Shown here piece after piece: positions 36,817 to 45,857 of a stretch of DNA of 64,000 bases; position 1 is the first letter of the stretch; each line of letters opens with the position of its first letter. Both the position numbers and the translations under genes were made by a program. Under the pieces are notes generated by a model that was given only the letters and a program-made list of their open reading frames with translations, was not told the DNA's origin and searched no databases. The stretch is from assembly GCA_964454015.1 (NCBI GenBank), contig CAYVQF010000030.1:420-64419 (forward strand). The letters run 5' to 3'. This stretch comes from an uncultured Myxococcales bacterium. Lineage in GTDB: Bacteria > Myxococcota_A > Bradymonadia > UBA4248.

Positions 36817-38778
36817 ATGAAGGAAAGCAGCCCCTCCCCCACGCCCGACCAGAGCCAAGCGCCGCCGCCGGCAGCCGACACACCGCGGGTCTACGAAATG
36901 ACCGCCCGGGCGATCGCCACAGGGATGATCCTCGGTTCGGTGTTGTCCCTCTGTAACATCTACGCCGGGCTGAAGATCGGTTGGGGTTTCAACATGTCGA
37001 TCACGGCCGCCCTCATCGGCTATGGCTTTTGGCAGGGAGCCCATGCCATCGGCAAGACCCGCAAGTTCGGCATCCTGGAGAACAACATCAACCAGACCAC
37101 GGCATCAGCCGCGGCGTCCATCTCGTCGGCGGGTTTGGTGGCACCCATCCCGGCCTGGACCATCATTACGGGCGACGCGCTTCCGTGGCACTTGCTCGCC
37201 TTGTGGGTCTTTGCCGTGTCTTGTGTCGGGCTGGTGGTGGCCGTCGGTTTGCGGCGGCAGATGCTCATCGTCGATGCCCTCCCCTTCCCCGGCGGTATTG
37301 CCTCAGCCGAGACGCTCAAGGAGATGTATGCCAAGGGCAAGGAGGCCATGGCCCGGGTCAAGATGTTGATTTCTGCGGCGATCTTTGCCGCGTGTCTGAA
37401 GCTCTACACCAGCCTCGCCGGCATCAGGTTCATGGCCCCGGATGTGGGCTTTGAAGCCAAGGGCAAGCTCAAGGAAGCGGGCTACACTTCCCTCTCTCTC
37501 AAGAATCTCGGCTTTGCCCTGGACCCCACTGTTTTACTGGTCGGTGTCGGCGGCCTGATTGGCATTCGGGCCTGTGCCTCCATGCTCTTGGGGGCCATTC
37601 TGGCGTGGGGGGTGATCGGCCCAGCCATGATGGAGATCGGTTATGCCAATCCCGGCCTGGCCGATCCCAACGCCTCTTGGTACAACGCGACCCTCACTTG
37701 GCTGTTGTGGCCTGGGGTCGCCATGATGGCGACCTCCTCGCTGGCGTCGTTCGCCTTCTCGTGGCGCTCCATTCTGCGGGCCTTCAAGCCGCAGAAGGGC
37801 CAGAGCGCAGCGCAAGAGGACGATCAGGGTGACGTGCCGCGCAAGATTTTCCTCGCCGCGGCCGTGGGGGCGCTGATCCTGGCGACGGCCTGTCAGACGG
37901 CGCTCTTCGACATCGCCTTGTGGACGGCCGTCATCGGCGTCATGTTGACTTTCGTGCTGGCCATCGTTGCCGGGCGCGTCTCCGGCGAGACGGGGATCAC
38001 CCCGGTAGGCGCCATGGGCAAGATCACCCAGCTTCTCTTCGGTGGCATCGCTCCGGGCAATGCCACGGCCAACTTGTTGGCGGCCAATGTCACGGGCGGT
38101 GCGGCGAGCCAGTGCGGCGACCTCCTCCACGATCTCAAGACGGGTGTCCTCATTGGGGCCACGCCCAAACTACAGGCCCTGGGACAAGCCTTTGGCGTCT
38201 TCGCCGGGGCCATCGTCGGTGCGATCGCCTACACCATCATCGTGCCCGATCCCAAAACGATGTTGCTGACCGACGAGTGGCCAGCGCCGGCCGTGGCCTC
38301 ATGGAAGGCCGTCGCCGAGGTCTTTCAGGAGGGCTTCAGCGCCATGCCCGTGGGCGCCGTCGATGCCATGATTTGGGCCGGCGCGCTTGGGGTCCTGCTG
38401 GCAGTCATGGAGAAGACCCTGCCCAAACGCGGTCGCCCCTGGGTGCCGAGCCCGGCGAGCATGGGACTGGCCTTCGTCATCCCAGCCTACAACTCCATCT
38501 CGGTGTTCATCGGTGGCGTCGCAGCGCTCATCGCAGCGCGGGTGGCCAAGACTTGGTCCGGGCGCTTCGTCGTGGTCTTGGCGGCCGGGCTCATCGCGGG
38601 CGAGAGCCTGACGGGGGTAGGCCTCGCGGTGCACAAGGTCTCCGTCGACATCGCCCAACGGGCGGCGGCACCGGCGGCCATCGAAGCGGGGCCCGTCCGG
38701 GAAGATGACGCCCCGGAGGCGCCGCCAGCCGCGGCGCCCGCAGCGCCGTCCCCCGACGATGAGGGCAACGGCGAGTAG
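36817..38778 (+). CDS. OPT/YSL family oligopeptide transporter
   Basis: NIYAGLKIGW, ENNINQT, LPFPGG, DLKTG, PAP, GLIAGESL. Confidence 0.92.
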   Translation: MKESSPSPTPDQSQAPPPAADTPRVYEMTARAIATGMILGSVLSLCNIYAGLKIGWGFNMSITAALIGYGFWQGAHAIGKTRKFGILENNINQTTASAAASISSAGLVAPIPAWTIITGDALPWHLLALWVFAVSCVGLVVAVGLRRQMLIVDALPFPGGIASAETLKEMYAKGKEAMARVKMLISAAIFAACLKLYTSLAGIRFMAPDVGFEAKGKLKEAGYTSLSLKNLGFALDPTVLLVGVGGLIGIRACASMLLGAILAWGVIGPAMMEIGYANPGLADPNASWYNATLTWLLWPGVAMMATSSLASFAFSWRSILRAFKPQKGQSAAQEDDQGDVPRKIFLAAAVGALILATACQTALFDIALWTAVIGVMLTFVLAIVAGRVSGETGITPVGAMGKITQLLFGGIAPGNATANLLAANVTGGAASQCGDLLHDLKTGVLIGATPKLQALGQAFGVFAGAIVGAIAYTIIVPDPKTMLLTDEWPAPAVASWKAVAEVFQEGFSAMPVGAVDAMIWAGALGVLLAVMEKTLPKRGRPWVPSPASMGLAFVIPAYNSISVFIGGVAALIAARVAKTWSGRFVVVLAAGLIAGESLTGVGLAVHKVSVDIAQRAAAPAAIEAGPVREDDAPEAPPAAAPAAPSPDDEGNGE

Positions 38779-39004
38779 CGCTGCCTTGCCAAAAACAACA
38801 AATACTGGCGAAGTTCTTGGCACAGGGTTGTTCTGCGCTGGCTTCGCCAGCGCGGTGATGCGTCTGCCGCCGCTGCGAGGTGGTCTTCGGTGTGGGAAGG
38901 ACTGATGGGTCGGGAACCTTTCAGGGCTGGCAGTTGTCAAGCACGAGCCTTTGCTTTGTCTTGTACCAGGTTCGCCGCAGCGGACCGTCACCCACGGAGT
39001 CACC

Positions 39005-41308
39005 ATGCGACCGTCCATCTATCTCTGGGCCGTGTTTCTTTTGTTGTGTCCCCTCTTTGCCCTCGTAGGCTGCAAGGGCAAGAAGGAGGCACCACAGGTC
39101 TCGTCCTACCTCGGCGATGGGGAGATCTCCGACGAGCTCGCCGTCACCCGGGTCGTGCTCTACCAGAACGGTGTCGGATATTTTGAGCGGCGCGGCACCG
39201 TCGAGGGCGACACCCTCACCCTGCGTATTCGTCCCGATCAGATCAACGACATCCTCAAGTCCTTGACCATCATCGATCTCGGCGAAGGCCGCCCGGTGTC
39301 GATCTCCCTGCCCGTAGACCGCAAGGCCATTGACGCGCTCTCGGCCCTCCCGACCCAGATCAGGGAAGAGGGCGGTCTCCTCTCTTTGCTCGAGGCCTTT
39401 AGGGGGGCGCGGGTCGTCTTGCGCACCCGCACGGGGACGGTAGAGGGACGCATCGTCGGCCTCGAGAACCTGCCCACCACCGATGCCAACGGCAACTACC
39501 TGATGAACTATCGCGTCACGGTGAAGCAGCAGGCGGGCGAGCTCCAAGTGGTGGCCGTGGACGACATCGTTGGGCTGAACATTCGCGACCGCACCTTGGA
39601 GGTCGGCCTCGACAAGAGCCTGGATCTGAGTTTGAACGAAGGGGCGTGGAAGCCCATCGAGCTCAAAGTGCGCATGTCCAGTGGAGGCAAGCGCGAGATC
39701 ATGGTCAGCTACATCATCGCCATGCCCGTGTGGAAGCCGGCCTATCGATTGGTCTTGGGCGACGAGGACAAGGGCCTCTTCCAGGGCTGGTCGGTGGTCG
39801 ACAACGTCTCGGGTTCAGAGTGGCAGCAGGTGCGGCTGTCTCTGGTCGCCGGCATGCCCATGAGTTTTCGCTATGATCTCTACACCCCCAACTTCGTGAC
39901 CCGGCCTGACCTCAGCGCCCGCGGCGTCCGCACCGCCATCGCGCCGCCAGTCGAACAGGCGGCCTGGGGAGATTCGTCCAAGGATCGGAGCCTTGCCAAT
40001 GAGCTCTACGATGGCGAGACCCTCCGCGATGGCAGGATGCCGGGTTCCGGCATAGGCTATGGCGGCGCAGGCCGCGGCGGCGGCGGCATGGCAGAAGGCC
40101 GAGTCGGAACCGCGAGGGCTCGGGAAGATCGCGCCCCTCGCTCGACCGTGACCGCGACGGGGCGCTCAGCCCGCGACAGTGACGAATCGGGCTTCGCCAT
40201 GGACGAGCTGATGTGGGATCAGCCGGTGTTGGCTGAGCCCGAGCCAGCGATCATGGACTACAGCGTCTTGCAGAACACCTTTGAGGCCCACGGAGAGGCG
40301 ACGCAGCTCGGCGCCCTCTTCCAGTACGACATCGCCAGTCGCGTCACCGTCCCCGACCGGGCCTCTGCCCTGGTCAACTTGGTCCAGGCCAACACCAAAG
40401 CGGGCGAGGTGGCCCTCTTCCGCACGGAAATCCACGGCAGCTACACCGGGCTCAATCCCTTCAGGGCGGTGCAGTTCGAGAACGACTCGGGCTTCGACCT
40501 GGAGCCTGGCCCGGTGACCCTCTACAAATCGGGCACCTTCGTCGGCGAGGGCTACCTGCCGCGCACCGAATCCGGCTCGGTGGTGCACATCACCTTCGCC
40601 ATGGATGCGCGGGTGACCCTGAAGACCGCCCGCGAGGAAAGCGAGGAGGCCGCCAAAATCCTCAAAATCTCCGGCGGCGGACTGACCTCGGAGATCAAGC
40701 GGGTCACCCATCTCTCTTATGAGATCCGCAACCAGCACGCCGAAGACATCCGCGCGGTCATTCGCCGCCCGGTGCGCCCCGAGTGGAAGCTGGACCCCAT
40801 GCCCGAAGGCACGCTGACCGCCGCCGGCGCCTATTACATTCCGGTGACGGTCAAGGCCGGGGCGACCCTCGAGTTCAAGGTGCGCGAGTCCACGCCCATC
40901 GTCCGCACCCTCACCCTGGACTCGCGCCATGCCCTCGATCTGTTGAAGGTCCAGATCACCGATGACGCCCTCGATCCCGCACTCAGAGCGCAGCTCCAAG
41001 AGGTCGTGGACAAACAAGGCGAGCTGCAAGTCGTGCGTGAACAACTCGTCGCCCTGGTCACCCAGCGGGACGAGCTCGCCGTCGAGGCTTCCCGCCTGGC
41101 GGACTCCCTCGAGGACCTCAAAGACATCCGCGACACGGGCGCGCGACGCCTCCGCGAACAGCTCATCGCGCGCAAGACCACCGTGGAGCGCGACCTCAAC
41201 AACCTCACCACCAAAATGACCGAGCTGCGGGTCAAGGAGTCCGACTTGAACCTGACCCTGCGCGCCCTCTTCCGCTCCATCAGCTTTGAGGCCCCCAAGG
41301 CGCCCTGA
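39005..41308 (+). CDS. DUF4139/DUF4140-family lipoprotein (copy A)
   Basis: LVG-C lipobox; VVLYQNGVGYFER, PVWKPAYRL, VDNVSG, LEPGPVTLY; C-terminal coiled coil. Confidence 0.8.
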   Translation: MRPSIYLWAVFLLLCPLFALVGCKGKKEAPQVSSYLGDGEISDELAVTRVVLYQNGVGYFERRGTVEGDTLTLRIRPDQINDILKSLTIIDLGEGRPVSISLPVDRKAIDALSALPTQIREEGGLLSLLEAFRGARVVLRTRTGTVEGRIVGLENLPTTDANGNYLMNYRVTVKQQAGELQVVAVDDIVGLNIRDRTLEVGLDKSLDLSLNEGAWKPIELKVRMSSGGKREIMVSYIIAMPVWKPAYRLVLGDEDKGLFQGWSVVDNVSGSEWQQVRLSLVAGMPMSFRYDLYTPNFVTRPDLSARGVRTAIAPPVEQAAWGDSSKDRSLANELYDGETLRDGRMPGSGIGYGGAGRGGGGMAEGRVGTARAREDRAPRSTVTATGRSARDSDESGFAMDELMWDQPVLAEPEPAIMDYSVLQNTFEAHGEATQLGALFQYDIASRVTVPDRASALVNLVQANTKAGEVALFRTEIHGSYTGLNPFRAVQFENDSGFDLEPGPVTLYKSGTFVGEGYLPRTESGSVVHITFAMDARVTLKTAREESEEAAKILKISGGGLTSEIKRVTHLSYEIRNQHAEDIRAVIRRPVRPEWKLDPMPEGTLTAAGAYYIPVTVKAGATLEFKVRESTPIVRTLTLDSRHALDLLKVQITDDALDPALRAQLQEVVDKQGELQVVREQLVALVTQRDELAVEASRLADSLEDLKDIRDTGARRLREQLIARKTTVERDLNNLTTKMTELRVKESDLNLTLRALFRSISFEAPKAP

Positions 41309-41400
41309 GCCAGAGCGACCCAACGATGCGGGGGGCACGCTGGTTACGCAGCGCGCCATCCTCTGGGTGCTGCCCCCTGGACGCGCCGCCGCGACGACCT

Positions 41401-42102
41401 TCAGCGGTTGTCGAAGGTCGCCGCCTTGTGCGCCGCGATGATGGCCACGGCCTCATCGATACTCGCGGCGCAGTGCGGGATGTCGAGGTCCTTGGGGCTG
41501 ATCAGCGGCGGTTGATGCTCACTCATGTTGCGCTGGGCCCAGGCCACCAAGTCGCGCCACATCTCGCCGACGAAGACCAAGGGGACGTTGTCGATGTGCC
41601 CGACCTGGAGCAACTGCCACACCATCAGGGTTTCGAGCGCCGTGCCGATGCCGCCGTTGACGATGATGAAGGCGTCACTGAGGTGGAGAAAATGATGGAG
41701 TCGACTGAAGAAGGTCTGATGCAGAAAGGATTTTTCCACATAGGGGTTGGCCCCCTGCTCAAAAGGCAGCTCGACCCTGATGCCGATGGAGCGGGTCTTG
41801 TTCTCAGGATCGCCGAGGTTCTCGCCCTCATTGGCGGCCTGCATCAGGCCCGGCCCGCCACCGGTGACGATGTCGCAGCCCATGGCCGAGAGGCGCGATG
41901 ACAGGGTCTTGACCTCCTCATAAAGGGCGTCTTCGGGCTTGACCCGAGCCGAGCCAAAAATGCTGACCCGGTAATAGGGGGATTTAGGAGGGCGCAGGGT
42001 CGAGAGGGTGTTGGCTGTGTTCCAGAGCTCGAAGAGGGCGCGCTCGACGATCTGATAGCTCTCGAGGCTCTGCAAAACGATGCCGTTGTCATCCTTGGCC
42101 AT
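41401..42102 (-). CDS. LOG family nucleotide monophosphate nucleosidase
   Basis: VSIFGSAR, TGGGPGLMQAAN, FFSR, GGIGTALE. Confidence 0.9.
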   Translation of the reverse strand: MAKDDNGIVLQSLESYQIVERALFELWNTANTLSTLRPPKSPYYRVSIFGSARVKPEDALYEEVKTLSSRLSAMGCDIVTGGGPGLMQAANEGENLGDPENKTRSIGIRVELPFEQGANPYVEKSFLHQTFFSRLHHFLHLSDAFIIVNGGIGTALETLMVWQLLQVGHIDNVPLVFVGEMWRDLVAWAQRNMSEHQPPLISPKDLDIPHCAASIDEAVAIIAAHKAATFDNR

Positions 42103-42324
42103 GGTTTTCCTCACGTGGTGGGCTGACGCCTGATGGTAATGACCGCACTGCGTTCAACCTAGCACAGCAAGCGCACCTGCTCCTAGGGGTGGGGACGCCG
42201 CCAAGAACACCGACCACGGGTCACTTCTCTTCGTTCGCTTTCCCCCTCTATGATGCACCCAGCGAACGTTGTCTGTGTCGAGCGCCGTTTGGCGCTTCCT
42301 CTCACCCTTGTCACGGAGTGTGTC

Positions 42325-44547
42325 ATGCGTACACCCTATTTCGTTCTCCTGCTTGGTCTCGCCCTGGCCCTCACGGCGGTGACCGGCTGCAAAAGCAAAG
42401 CGCCCAAGGTCGCCGATCCAAGCTATCTCGGCGAAGGCGAGATTTCGGACGAGCTCGCCGTCACCCGGGTCGTGCTCTACCAGAACGGCGTTGGCTATTT
42501 CGAGCGCCGGGGCACGGTCGAAGGCGACACCCTCACCCTGCGCATCCGGCCGGATCAGATCAACGACATCCTCAAGTCCCTCACCATCATCGATCTGGGA
42601 GAGGGCCGGCCGGTGTCGATCTCCTTGCCCGTGGATCGCCGAGCCATTGACGCCCTGTCATCACTCCCAACCCAGATCCGCGACGACGGCGGGATCATGT
42701 CGCTCTTGGAGGCCTTTCGCGGGGCGCGGGTGGTCTTGCGCACCGCGACCAGCACCATCGATGGCCGCGTGGTCGGGCTGGAGAGCATCCCCACGACCGA
42801 TGCCAAAGGCAACTACCAGGCAGGCTGGCGCGTGACCATCAAGCAGAGCGCCGGCGAGCTTCAGGTCGTGGCCGTGACGGACATCGTGGGCCTGAAGATC
42901 CTGGACCGCACCCTGGAGGTGGGACTGGACAAGAGCCTGGATCTGAGCCTCAACGAAGGGGCCTGGAAGCCCATCGAGCTCAAGGTGCGCATGTCCAGCG
43001 GTGGCAAACGCGACATCATGGTCAGCTACATCATCGCCATGCCCGTGTGGAAGCCGGCCTATCGTTTGGTCATCGGCGAGGAGGATAAGAGCCTCTTCCA
43101 GGGCTGGTCCGTGGTGGATAACGTCTCGGGCTCCGATTGGGAACAGGTACGCCTCTCCTTGGTGGCGGGCATGCCCATGAGCTTCCTCTACGACCTCTAC
43201 ACGCCCAACTTCGTCACCCGACCTGACCTCACCTCGCGCTCACAGCGCGTAGCCATCGCGCCACCTGAAGAGCAGTCTGCTTGGGGAGCAGTAGATCGCA
43301 AGGAGCAGACCCGCGCCGACAAGCTGGAGGCTTACGCCGACGACAGCAGCATCGGCTACGGCGCCATAGGCGGAAGCGGCGTCAAAACCAAAGCCGCTGC
43401 CACTGGCCGGGCTGCTCCAGGGGCCTCTCCGGCGCGATCGGCTTGGGACGCCCCAGCAGAGGCGGCCCCCATGGCCGAACTCGAAGAAGAATATGCCATG
43501 GATTACGAGTCTCTGCAGCGCAACTTCGAGAGCAGCGGCGAAGCCACCCAGCTCGGCGCGCTCTTCCAGTACGACGTCGCCAGCCGGGTCAGCGTCCCGG
43601 ATCGCTCTTCTGCGCTGGTCAACCTGGTGCAGGCCAACAGCAATGCCCGCGAGGTGGCCCTGTTCCGCACGGAAATCTTCAGTAACTACAGCAACCTTCA
43701 ACCTTTCCGCGCCGTCCAGTTCCAGAACGACTCGGGCTTCGATCTCGAACCCGGCCCGGTCACCCTCTACAAGGCGGGCACCTTCGTCGGCGAGGGCTAC
43801 CTCCCGCGCACGGAGAACGGCTCGGTGGTCCACATCACCTTCGCCGCCGACGCTCGGGTCAACCTCAAGAGCAGCCGCGAGGAGACGGAAGAGGCCGCCA
43901 AAATCCTCAAGATCTCCGGCGGTGGCCTCACCTCGGAGATCAAACGGGTGAACCTCTTCTCCTACGAAATCCGCAACCAGCACCCAGAAGACATCCAAGC
44001 GGTCATCCGCCGCCCCGTCCGCGCCGAGTGGAAGCTCGACCCCATACCCGAAGGGACGCTGACCGCCGCTGGCGCCTACTACATCCCGGTCAAAGTGAAA
44101 GCCGGCGAGACGGCCACCTTCAGCTTCAAAGAGAGCACCCCCGTGGTGCGCACCCTCACCTTGGATTCCCGCCACGCCATCGATCTCCTCAAGGTCCAGA
44201 TCAGCGACGCCGCCCTCGACCCGGCCCTCAAGGCCCAACTCGAAGAGGTCATCGCCAAACAGAACGAGCTGCACGAGGTGCGCGAACAGCTCGAAGCCCT
44301 CGGCCAACAGCGCAGCGAGCTCGCCACCGAAGCCAGCCGCCTCTCCGACTCCCTGGAAGACCTCAAGGACATCCGCGACGCCGGCGCCCGCCAACTCAGA
44401 GAGCAGCTCATCACCCGCAAAGCCAACGCCGAGCGCGACCTCAACGGCATCACCACCCGCATGACCGAGCTGCGGGTGCGCGAGTCCGACCTCAGCCTCA
44501 CCCTGCGCGCCCTCTTCCGCTCCATCTCTTTTGAAGCCACGCCCTAA
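42325..44547 (+). CDS. DUF4139/DUF4140-family lipoprotein (copy B)
   Basis: VTG-C lipobox; closely similar to 39005-41308 except the central segment. Confidence 0.8.
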   Translation: MRTPYFVLLLGLALALTAVTGCKSKAPKVADPSYLGEGEISDELAVTRVVLYQNGVGYFERRGTVEGDTLTLRIRPDQINDILKSLTIIDLGEGRPVSISLPVDRRAIDALSSLPTQIRDDGGIMSLLEAFRGARVVLRTATSTIDGRVVGLESIPTTDAKGNYQAGWRVTIKQSAGELQVVAVTDIVGLKILDRTLEVGLDKSLDLSLNEGAWKPIELKVRMSSGGKRDIMVSYIIAMPVWKPAYRLVIGEEDKSLFQGWSVVDNVSGSDWEQVRLSLVAGMPMSFLYDLYTPNFVTRPDLTSRSQRVAIAPPEEQSAWGAVDRKEQTRADKLEAYADDSSIGYGAIGGSGVKTKAAATGRAAPGASPARSAWDAPAEAAPMAELEEEYAMDYESLQRNFESSGEATQLGALFQYDVASRVSVPDRSSALVNLVQANSNAREVALFRTEIFSNYSNLQPFRAVQFQNDSGFDLEPGPVTLYKAGTFVGEGYLPRTENGSVVHITFAADARVNLKSSREETEEAAKILKISGGGLTSEIKRVNLFSYEIRNQHPEDIQAVIRRPVRAEWKLDPIPEGTLTAAGAYYIPVKVKAGETATFSFKESTPVVRTLTLDSRHAIDLLKVQISDAALDPALKAQLEEVIAKQNELHEVREQLEALGQQRSELATEASRLSDSLEDLKDIRDAGARQLREQLITRKANAERDLNGITTRMTELRVRESDLSLTLRALFRSISFEATP

Positions 44548-44625
44548 AGGCGTGCGGCCGCCGCGAGCGGCAGCGAGGCCAGAGCGCACCGCGCGCCCGG
44601 CGCACCACCAGCAGGCGCCCTCTTC

Positions 44626-45843
44626 TCAGAAGGCGACGCGCCACCCCAAGCCAGCGCCCTCCCCGCCCCACCACGGCACGAGGGCGTGCCCGCTCGCCTC
44701 GGCGTCGCCGCCAAGGAGATCGATGAGCACCAAAGTCGCCCCGGTCACCACCGCGGCGCTGCCCACCCCCAGGAGTATATAATTGACCGTCCGCAGGGAC
44801 TTGAAATCGGACTCGGCCCGCTCGAACGCCGCCACGTCTCCCGCGGCGCCTGCCTTCTCCATGTCGTCCACCAAGGATCCCAGGGCGGTCAAGTCGACGA
44901 TGGCGAAGGTGGCCAACGCGGCGACACCCACACCCAAAGTGGTCCAGCCAGCGATCATCAGCGCCGCCGACTCCGTTGCTTCGGGTCGAAGCGCATCGCC
45001 GCTGACCTGGACGATGCCCGCTGGCGTCAGGGCCAGATGCACCTCCAGACGTTCCTTGCCACGGACCTGAAGGTTGAACTCGCTCCTGCTCCCGGCGCCC
45101 GTAGCGACGAGGGGATGCTCGCCCTCCGGCACCGACCAGCGCACGCTGCCGTCACAGCTCTGCGGCGGGTTCGTGCCCAGGCCCACATCGACTCCAGCGT
45201 CGCGACAGTAGACCACCACCTCGCCCTCCTCTCGCTCGAGCATGAGGCGCACCTCCGTGGTCTCCATGGCGACGACGCTCACCTCGACCCCGATCCGCGA
45301 GCCATGGGCGACGCCGTCCACTTGGTGCAGCCCGCTCTTGACCACGAGGGGATCCTTGGGGCAGGGCATCTGCTCTCCCTTGTCGATGGAGACGCGCATC
45401 TCCGGCGGGTCGCAGATGATCTTCATTTTTCCCGGGCACAGGCTGTTGAGCTCGATGCGGTACTCGGCCAGCTTCTGCTTGACGAATTCCGGGCTGGGCT
45501 CGCGCACCTTGGGCGCCTTGAGCACCTTATCGTAGGCCACCACCGCCTCTTCACAGCGGCCGGCCCGGGTCAGGGCACGCCCGAGGTTGAGGTAGGAGAC
45601 GTTGAGCTCCGAAAGATCGATGGCGGAGCGAAAGAGGCGGATGGCCTTGTCCCAGTCCTGGGCCTGCATGGCCTGCACGCCTTCGACGTTGAGCTGGCCC
45701 TGAGCCTCGGAGACGATGGCGTAGCCCTCGGCGTCCACACTCTGGGCCCAAGCGGGGGCCGTGCCGAGGCACAGCAGCACCCCCGCCAGCACAGGGGCTC
45801 CCCTGCGCATCCACGCGGCCAAAGAGAAGGTCGATACGAACAT
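44626..45843 (-). CDS. Exported TPR + PEGA-like protein with C-terminal TM segments
   Basis: GGAGGAG RBS, signal peptide, YLNLGRA TPR, two PEGA-like repeats, hydrophobic C-terminus. Confidence 0.75.
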   Translation of the reverse strand: MFVSTFSLAAWMRRGAPVLAGVLLCLGTAPAWAQSVDAEGYAIVSEAQGQLNVEGVQAMQAQDWDKAIRLFRSAIDLSELNVSYLNLGRALTRAGRCEEAVVAYDKVLKAPKVREPSPEFVKQKLAEYRIELNSLCPGKMKIICDPPEMRVSIDKGEQMPCPKDPLVVKSGLHQVDGVAHGSRIGVEVSVVAMETTEVRLMLEREEGEVVVYCRDAGVDVGLGTNPPQSCDGSVRWSVPEGEHPLVATGAGSRSEFNLQVRGKERLEVHLALTPAGIVQVSGDALRPEATESAALMIAGWTTLGVGVAALATFAIVDLTALGSLVDDMEKAGAAGDVAAFERAESDFKSLRTVNYILLGVGSAAVVTGATLVLIDLLGGDAEASGHALVPWWGGEGAGLGWRVAF

Positions 45844-45857
45844 AGCTCCTCCCGTTT

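Noticed and set aside
38818-38835. TGGCAC hexamers at ~38818 and ~57082 as sigma-54 promoters
   Set aside because: No GC at the -12 position.
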